Source of the DNA: Dehalococcoidia bacterium
Lineage (GTDB): Bacteria; Chloroflexota; Dehalococcoidia; Lucifugimonadales; UBA3495
Assembly (NCBI GenBank): GCA_965249215.1
Contig: CBDFLN010000002.1
Span: 305,180-369,179 of the forward strand
DNA: 64,000 nucleotides
Reading direction: 5' to 3'
This document shows, one piece after another, positions 57,473-64,000 of the stretch; the first letter of the stretch is position 1, and each line of letters opens with the position of its first letter. The notes beneath the pieces were generated by a model that saw only the letters and a program-made list of their open reading frames with translations, ran no database searches and was not told the origin of the DNA. The translations under genes were made by a program, and so were the position numbers.

Positions 57473-58329
57473 ACGCTTTCAGGGTGGTGGTTAGGGTTTC
57501 GTGGAACTTTTGTCGAACTGGAGTGAACACTTTGGGCGGTGAGGCCCAAAAGGTATTGCCAACGGGGCGATGGGGCGTAATACTGAGATTGTTATCAGGC
57601 TTTTCCAGTGTTTCTTTGCCTTAGAAACCTGGGGGTCCTTTCCCTTAGCCCGGGATGTACCAGAGGGATCGAGCCAGGCTCTCCCAACGGTCACCCAGGG
57701 GTCAGACCGGAAGGATTGAGCCTCGCTCTCCCGATAGTCGCCCCGGAGGACACATTCGCAGCGGTTGGAGCGGCTCTGTCGCTTCGGCCCCTCGGACACT
57801 CCCGTATCAAGTACGGGGCAGGCTCTGGTTGGAGTGCGCCCTGGCCGGTTCCTCACGTCTGCGGCATGGTTCCTGTGGAACTGGCCGCAGCTTCCCCACG
57901 CGCCTGTCTGCGATGAACTCTTCGTAGACTGGCCGCGCTTCCTCTCTCCGTAGTCTCCCAGGTCGATGCACAACGGATCACCTGGGCCGGGCTGCGTCCT
58001 CTTCATCTCCCACGCAGCAGCAACTCCCCTGAGTCGAGTCCCCTGATTTGACCCTGGCCAAGCTGCGTCCTTTTCAACCCCGCTCCGTCTCCCGCGTCCG
58101 ACATCCGACCGTGGGCGGAGTGTGTCTTTCGTCAACCCCATCACACATGACCTGCGCCACGGATGCCGGCGCGGGTCAACAACGGAAAGGAGGCGTCAAT
58201 GCACGTCAAGGAACTGGTTCCAATGGTCACGGGACTCGCGGTCAAGGCGGGCGGATTCCTGCGGCGGCGCAAGCGGTCGTGGTCGCGGCGCTGCTGCTCG
58301 GTCCGCTTCTGACGACGGGCGCCGGGGCC

Positions 58330-58530
58330 TCACGGGCAGAACTGCAACTCCTCCGGGAGGAAGCTCACCTGGTTGTCGTTGAGCAACAGGCTTGTCAGAC
58401 TGGTGAAGCTGCCCAACTCCGGCGTTATCTCCCCGCTCAACTGGTTGCTGAAGAGATTCAGCCCCATCAGGTTGGCGAGGCTGGCCCATGCGTCCCTCTT
58501 GTTTGCATTACAGACTATTTTGGCGTATAG
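58330..58530 (-). pseudogene. Leucine-rich-repeat gene fragment
   Basis: A 66-codon open frame without a start codon: ..LANLMGLNLFSNQLSGEITPELGSFTSLTSLLLNDNQVSFLPEEL.. This is an LxxLxLxxNxL repeat pattern. Confidence 0.4.
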
Positions 58531-58619
58531 TCATTGCTAGTAAACGTGGGCAGAGTCAAGTGGGTGGTTTCCATACCGATGCTCACGCCCCGACCTACGC
58601 GACGACAGGGAGGTGACCG

Positions 58620-59255
58620 ATGGGCGTATCAGAAGGCGAGATGGTGGCGGGCACGCCCGAAGAGAGTTGGCGCGACATCCACGAGACAATGTACAGGGCG
58701 CAGAGCTCCATGTACGTCGCCGGAACACCGACGATACTGCTCCTCTGGGCCGCGATAGCCTCTCTGGGAGTCGGCTCGCAGTACGCCATCCTGACGCTGG
58801 CATCCGAATTCGCGGAGCGCAGCCCGTGGATCTTCGGGGTGCTGTGGGGCGTCCTGATGGTGCCGGGGATGGTGGGAAGCGGGATCATAGGACGCCGGGC
58901 CGGCAGGAAGATCGCGCCCGGCGACGCCGCTCGCAGCGCTGGCATTCGGGTGTTCCTCTACTGGCTCGCGGTGGTTGTAGCGATGTTCCTCATTCCGGCG
59001 GCAGCGGGAGTGTGGAATGCCGAAAACGGGGACAGCATACCAGGCGTCGTCCTGGGCATATTGTCCCTGGGATACATCCTGTTCGGCATCATGCACCGCC
59101 CCGTGTTGGCGGTGGTGGGCGTAGGGTTCGCAGCAGCGTTCTACATTCCCAACTACCTAATGGACAGCGACGAGGTTATGTTGGTGTCGGTGGGATTGAT
59201 GCTGGTCGTGGTGGCCCTGGGTGCGTGGTGGATACGTAAGAGCGAGATCCATTGA
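58620..59255 (+). CDS. Integral membrane protein, function unknown
   Basis: 211-aa ORF with about 5 hydrophobic segments. Its stop overlaps the next gene's start. Confidence 0.6.
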   Translation: MGVSEGEMVAGTPEESWRDIHETMYRAQSSMYVAGTPTILLLWAAIASLGVGSQYAILTLASEFAERSPWIFGVLWGVLMVPGMVGSGIIGRRAGRKIAPGDAARSAGIRVFLYWLAVVVAMFLIPAAAGVWNAENGDSIPGVVLGILSLGYILFGIMHRPVLAVVGVGFAAAFYIPNYLMDSDEVMLVSVGLMLVVVALGAWWIRKSEIH

Positions 59256-59638
59256 CCGACGAACCCATCGTCTTCAACGAGACCATCCACCAGTCCACCC
59301 GGCTGCGGATCATGACTATGCTGGTCTCCCAGCCCGAAGGGGACCGGCTCGCCTACGGGTTCATTCAGCAGACGCTCGGCTTGACCGGCGGCAACCTGAC
59401 GACCCATCTGCGAAAGCTCGAAGACGCCGATTATCTGGTCACCACCAAGGAATTCCTGGACTCAAAGCCGCGCACATGGGTAGAGGCGACACCGACAGGG
59501 CGTCGCGCGTTCGCCGAGTATCTCTCCAACCTAGAGCGCGCGCTGAGCTGGCAGCCGAAACATAGTATCAACAAGAATTCGCTACCCTTGGAGTATGTCA
59601 ATGTCGAAGACCCGGGGATCGCCCACGCTGGCGATTGA
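59252..59638 (+). CDS. Winged-helix transcriptional regulator
   Basis: HQSTRLRIMTML..LGLTGGNLTTHLRKLEDADYL is an ArsR/wHTH-like pattern. Confidence 0.7.
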   Translation: MTDEPIVFNETIHQSTRLRIMTMLVSQPEGDRLAYGFIQQTLGLTGGNLTTHLRKLEDADYLVTTKEFLDSKPRTWVEATPTGRRAFAEYLSNLERALSWQPKHSINKNSLPLEYVNVEDPGIAHAGD

Positions 59639-60539
59639 AGTCCGCGGCCTCCGCAAGTCTTACGGTAAGACAGAGGCGGTGCGAGGCGTAGACCTGCACG
59701 TGTCGAAGGGGGAAGTGTTCGCGCTGCTCGGTCCCAACGGCGCCGGAAAGACGACGATCGTGGAGATACTGGAGGGACATCGAGACCGGACCGCCGGCGA
59801 GGTGTCGGTCCTAGGCTACGACCCTGGGCGAGGCGAACGCGCGCTCAAACAGCGTATCGGCATCGTACTGCAGTCGACGGGCGTGGAGCCGTACCTGTCC
59901 GTTGAGGAGACGATCAACCTCTTCCGCGGCTACTTCCCTCACCCGCTGCCCGTCGATGAAATCCTGGACGCAGTCGGACTGGGCGAGCAGCGCCGTGCCC
60001 GCGTGAAACGTCTGTCCGGAGGCCAGCAGCGGCGGCTGGACGTTGCCATCGGCCTGGCGGGAAACCCGGAGCTGCTGTTCTTGGACGAGCCAACATCGGG
60101 GTTCGACCCTTCAGCGCGCCGCGGCGCATGGGAGATGGTCCGGAATCTCAAGTCGCTTGGCAAGACGGTGGTGCTCACCACCCACTACATGGGGGAGGCG
60201 GAGGCCCTGGCCGACCGCGTCGCTATCATCGTCGAGGGGAAGATCGTCGCAGAAGGCGCCGTGGGCCAACTGCTGTACAAGGATAGGTCTACGACTATCC
60301 GGTTTCGTGTGGAATCCGGCTCGGCCCGCCTGCCCGAAGACTTGACCGCTGTACCCACAGACGACGATGACCGGTACGCCATCACGACGGACGGGCCGAC
60401 CGATAGCCTGCACCGCCTCACGAGCTGGGCTGTGGAACAGGGGATCGAACTCGAGGAACTGTCGGTCACACGCCCGTCACTAGAGGACCTGTTCATCGAG
60501 CTCGTCGACTCTCCCGAGCAGGACAGCACGGAAGCATGA
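59595..60539 (+). CDS. ABC transporter ATP-binding protein
   Basis: Walker A GPNGAGKTT, signature LSGGQQRR and Walker B LLFLDEPT. Confidence 0.9.
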   Translation: MSMSKTRGSPTLAIEVRGLRKSYGKTEAVRGVDLHVSKGEVFALLGPNGAGKTTIVEILEGHRDRTAGEVSVLGYDPGRGERALKQRIGIVLQSTGVEPYLSVEETINLFRGYFPHPLPVDEILDAVGLGEQRRARVKRLSGGQQRRLDVAIGLAGNPELLFLDEPTSGFDPSARRGAWEMVRNLKSLGKTVVLTTHYMGEAEALADRVAIIVEGKIVAEGAVGQLLYKDRSTTIRFRVESGSARLPEDLTAVPTDDDDRYAITTDGPTDSLHRLTSWAVEQGIELEELSVTRPSLEDLFIELVDSPEQDSTEA

Positions 60540-61306
60540 ATGCCTTCGCGCTCGCTCTGAGGCAAGTCCGCTACGAGAATACCGCCTTTTGGCGCAACCC
60601 CGCCGCGGCGTTTTTCACCATCGTGTTTCCATTGATGTTCCTGGTGATCTTCAATCTGGTGTTCGGCGACGTGGGGACCGACGAGCAGGGCGAGCCGGTG
60701 AATACCGCAAACTTCTTCGTGCCGGGGATCGTTGTCTTCGCGGTGGTGGGCGCCTGCTACACCAACGTTGCCATGGGCATCTGCTTCTCCAGGGACGGGG
60801 GTTTGCTCAAGCGGGTCCGGGGCACGCCGTTGCCCGGTTGGTCATACCTGTTCGGACGGATAGCCCACTCCGTACTCATTGCGACCTTGCTGGTCGTGAT
60901 CGTTACGGTGGCTGGCGTGCTGTTCTACGACGTAGACGTTCCGACGAACACACTTCCAGCGTTCCTCTTAGCACTGGCGGCCGGTGCCGCCACGTTCTGC
61001 GCGCTCGGACTGGCAATCACGGTGATTATCCCCAACGCGGATGCATCGCCCGCCATTGTGAATGCTTCGATACTGCCCCTCCTATTCATATCGGACGTGT
61101 TCATTCCGATGGACGGGGCCCCGGCCTGGCTCATGACCTTCGCCGACATCTTCCCCGTTCGGCACTTCGCCCTCGCGCTGCACACGTCGTTCCTGGCTGA
61201 GACGGGCGCAGGCTTCGAGTGGGGGCACTTGCTGGTGATGGCCGGGTGGCTGGTGGCAGGGCTGCTTGTTGGCGTCCGCTTCTTCCGGTGGGAACCACGC
61301 CGTTAG
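60536..61306 (+). CDS. ABC-2 type transporter permease
   Basis: 256 aa with about six hydrophobic segments. It has a 4-bp overlap with the ATPase gene. Confidence 0.85.
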   Translation: MNAFALALRQVRYENTAFWRNPAAAFFTIVFPLMFLVIFNLVFGDVGTDEQGEPVNTANFFVPGIVVFAVVGACYTNVAMGICFSRDGGLLKRVRGTPLPGWSYLFGRIAHSVLIATLLVVIVTVAGVLFYDVDVPTNTLPAFLLALAAGAATFCALGLAITVIIPNADASPAIVNASILPLLFISDVFIPMDGAPAWLMTFADIFPVRHFALALHTSFLAETGAGFEWGHLLVMAGWLVAGLLVGVRFFRWEPRR

Positions 61307-61441
61307 GGAACCTCCGCGACATCCCTACTGGACTTACAAAGACAGTACCAACTCAAGAGTTCGCTCTACAGTACACGTGGGCCCGCCTCGTTGACCATGC
61401 TATACTCGTGACGGCAATTTGGAATGCGGAGCCACTCCCCC

Positions 61442-62089
61442 ATGGCCAACAATAGATTCCTTGGGATTGCTCTCATCCTATTGGGGGTATTGTTTCTGTT
61501 GCCGCTCGTGAGCAACGTCGAAGTCCCGCTGGGGCAGTGGTGGCCACTATTCCTTATGATCGTCGGCCTCGCCAGCGCCTCTAGCGGCAATCGGAGGGGC
61601 GGCCTCGTGGTCATTGCTATAGCGGCCGCATTCCTGGTGTACAACCTGAGCATTCTCAGATTCGACGTCTCATCTCTCTGGCCAGTAGCGCTTATTGCCA
61701 TCGGTGCGGCCATCATCTTCGGCTACTGGCGCTTCGGCGCCGGAAGAGTTCATGAGACAGGCACCAAGTTCAACGTCACCAGCTTCTTCTCCGGTAGTAA
61801 CCAGAGTGCCGCCAGCGAACGCTTCCGTGGGGGCAACGTCTCCGCCACCATCGGCAGCGTAGAGATGGATCTCCGCGATGCCGCTGTGGTTGACGGTGCG
61901 GCCACGGTCAACGCTAATGCGCTATTCGGCCGCATCAACCTCAGGGTTCCGCCTGACTGGGCGGTTGATGTGCGCTCGTCCGCCGCCTTCGGAAGCATTG
62001 AATCTAAACGAGCGGAACCCTCTGACCCACGAGCCAGGCTCACTGTCACAGGCTCCTGTCTGTTTGGCGGAATACTAATAACATCCTGA
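61442..62089 (+). CDS. LiaF-like / DUF2154 cell-envelope stress protein
   Basis: N-terminal TM hairpins (FLGIALILLGVLFLL..) and a C-terminal beta-rich region (..GSVEMDLRDA..NALFGRINLRVP..). Confidence 0.6.
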   Translation: MANNRFLGIALILLGVLFLLPLVSNVEVPLGQWWPLFLMIVGLASASSGNRRGGLVVIAIAAAFLVYNLSILRFDVSSLWPVALIAIGAAIIFGYWRFGAGRVHETGTKFNVTSFFSGSNQSAASERFRGGNVSATIGSVEMDLRDAAVVDGAATVNANALFGRINLRVPPDWAVDVRSSAAFGSIESKRAEPSDPRARLTVTGSCLFGGILITS

Positions 62090-62295
62090 ACGTCAGCTAG
62101 GGCAGCGAGTCGACCTGCGGCGCCAGTAACGGGCGCGAGCACAATCCCCCTGCGCGCCCGGCCCATTGGATGCTGTGCCGCGCCTTCTAGAGAGCTACGC
62201 GGGAGAGCCTTTATTCTATCGATCGCCCCACCGGTAGAACCTTCGTACTCAGGCTTAGCTTGGCGTTGTTACCTTGGTAAGAGAGGGAAACGACA

Positions 62296-63072
62296 TTGCC
62301 ATCGAACCTTTCCCGACTGGACTCTCTGGTACCGGAGCCTGGAAATGAAACGCTGGAGGAACAGAAGCGCGAGGAGATGTTCTACGTCTGCCTCATGCTG
62401 GACAAGCTGGGAGTATCAATAGAGAGCAAACTTGACCCGATTTGGGATGAGCCTGCACCGGACTTCTATCTCGAATACGAGGGGCAATCGGTGGGCTTGG
62501 AGGTCACCGAGGCGCAGCCCAAAGATGCCGATGGATGCCCGCTGTACTTCCAGGTGCTCCGGTACAAAGCTGTCTATGGTGCTTGGAAAAGATTCCGGGA
62601 GTGCGGCGGACCGACTCTGCAAGTCCACTTCCAATTCAAACCGGGTATCCCGACATCTGGCCCGTTTACGACAGGGGATGTTCACAACCTGATTGGTCAG
62701 CTTGAGTACCTTATTGACGTGAGTGGATTCGATCCGGAGGGTGACTACCAGCCATTCCGAATGAGATCAGAGGTTACGGACATTCTCCGCTTCACCATAC
62801 GGCCCTGTAACGCCGCCTCAGAACTCTGGAGCATCAAAGGGTCTGCAACGGGCCGTAACTTGGATCACCATGACATCCGGGCGGGATCGGACAATAAGCG
62901 GCTTGTCAGCCTGCCCTCGCCGGTCTGGCTCCTGGTCTACAACGCCGGTGTCACGCGAGGGTTACCGAGCAGAATCGGCGAGGCAGCGCGTTTCCAGGCA
63001 TATCAATTTCCGTTTGATCGAGCATTCTGGCTCGATGCGATGCCAACCGAGCTGACAGAGTTGAGAAAGTGA
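62296..63072 (+). CDS. Hypothetical protein with a possible PD-(D/E)xK-like motif
   Basis: 258-aa ORF with lower GC. PDFYLEYEGQSVGLEVTE resembles a nuclease-fold core. Weak call. Confidence 0.45.
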   Translation: MPSNLSRLDSLVPEPGNETLEEQKREEMFYVCLMLDKLGVSIESKLDPIWDEPAPDFYLEYEGQSVGLEVTEAQPKDADGCPLYFQVLRYKAVYGAWKRFRECGGPTLQVHFQFKPGIPTSGPFTTGDVHNLIGQLEYLIDVSGFDPEGDYQPFRMRSEVTDILRFTIRPCNAASELWSIKGSATGRNLDHHDIRAGSDNKRLVSLPSPVWLLVYNAGVTRGLPSRIGEAARFQAYQFPFDRAFWLDAMPTELTELRK

Positions 63073-63565
63073 AACCTGATGGATCCCCCTGCCTATGGTG
63101 AAATCGAAGACCCTGGCCACCAGACCTACCCGACCCTGTGAGTTGAAAGAGCCTGCGTGGTATTGCCTGGTTGTACCCTACGCTTAGGCCCGCCAACGAG
63201 GCTGGGTGACGCTTACAAGGCCACAACCCACTCAAAAAGTTCGCAGTAGAGCCTGTCCCAGAAGTGGAAATTGCAGATAGGGGGAGCGGATAGAGGTCAG
63301 AGGGTTCGCTGAAAGGCCCTGGCCTGAGCGGGTAGTACAGGCGACGGAGCGATGGGGCAACTGCTGTCATCACTGCAGGTCAGGAGACGGGACGAGGCTC
63401 CGGGCCATTGAATAGACCGATGAAGGGGCTGGAGCTCCACACCCGACAGAGAGTGCGCAGGTTGAAGGCTGTGGCCAACTTGGTGGGCCTATTTTGACGA
63501 TAGATAGAACTATCTCTGAGATGTGGCTGGAAAGCTTGCAGGTAAATTGCCCACCCTGAATGAGA

Positions 63566-63952
63566 CTACAGGTCCGCAAGAGCGGTTGCGGCGAACAACT
63601 CGCCGCTCCCAACCATGTCCTCGCGCGTTAGGGCCCGTGCTCCCGAGAGATCTGATACGTATCGGATATCGGAAACTCTGGGTGGAATGTTCGAGGAAAG
63701 AGACGGAACGGCTTCGACCGCGTAGAAGCGCAGTGACTCTGATGCAAGCTCAGAATCGAAGGCCGCTTCGACACCGTCGCGCCATTCGGCTCCCAGAGTC
63801 CTGGCGACGACGTAGTCGAGTCTTCCTAGCGTTTTTGGTTTGGCGAGTCGGCGTCGGATTCGATCGACTAATGCGGATATTGTCGGACCGCCACCTGAAC
63901 TCTCCACAAAGACTGAGGCAATTGCGACTCGCGTGCCCGCCGGCGGCTGCAA
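63566..63952 (-). CDS. Hypothetical protein (frame stays open upstream towards the window edge; N-terminus possibly not visible)
   Basis: The ORF track starts it at TTG 63952, but it may start further right. I cannot assign a family with confidence. Confidence 0.4.
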   Translation of the reverse strand: MQPPAGTRVAIASVFVESSGGGPTISALVDRIRRRLAKPKTLGRLDYVVARTLGAEWRDGVEAAFDSELASESLRFYAVEAVPSLSSNIPPRVSDIRYVSDLSGARALTREDMVGSGELFAATALADL

Positions 63953-64000
63953 CTGCCGATGCGAGAAGGTATGCTTCCTAGTTCTTTGGCTGGTGCTCTT

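Noticed and set aside
57491-58144. 217-aa minus-strand ORF
   Set aside because: It has no RBS and no recognisable motif. Its composition is R/G/S/P-rich, and it overlaps non-triplet repeats. I treat it as non-coding or decayed.

Overview
High-GC bacterial chromosome segment, about 60-65 % by eye. It is most likely Chloroflexota, inferred from the adjacent TIGR03662 'YYY' and TIGR03663 membrane proteins. Backbone genes: mutL 3' end, a membrane glycosylation-like cluster, ftsY, rnc, a DsbA/HCCA-isomerase-like gene with an in-frame TGA at the catalytic position (candidate selenoprotein), cca, a quinone oxidoreductase, ogg, dinG, a PHP phosphoesterase, trmD, a TolB-like propeller and a flavin reductase. 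Two mobile regions interrupt the backbone. (1) About 14.9-43.1 kb is an integrative element with a P4-type tyrosine integrase, an AlpA-like excisionase, a BT4734/PriCT-type primase, an iteron cluster, a P-loop NTPase and several Zn-ribbon/HTH orphan genes. An IS1380-family and an IS3-family element have inserted into it. It carries a same-strand defence cassette: an Eco57I/PglX-like m6A methyltransferase, four uncharacterised genes (one DUF3800), a PLD-SNF2 helicase, then a GmrSD-like DUF262/DUF1524 enzyme. This cassette is my best candidate for an undescribed system. (2) From about 51.8 kb there is a large serine recombinase overlapping a short hicA, a PAPS-reductase-like gene split by an ORF-less group II intron, and operons sharing a palindromic operator. 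An ABC-transporter/LiaF-like module and lower-GC nuclease-like orphans follow. I saw no rRNA, no canonical tRNA and no CRISPR array. All family names come from motif recognition by eye, not database searches.
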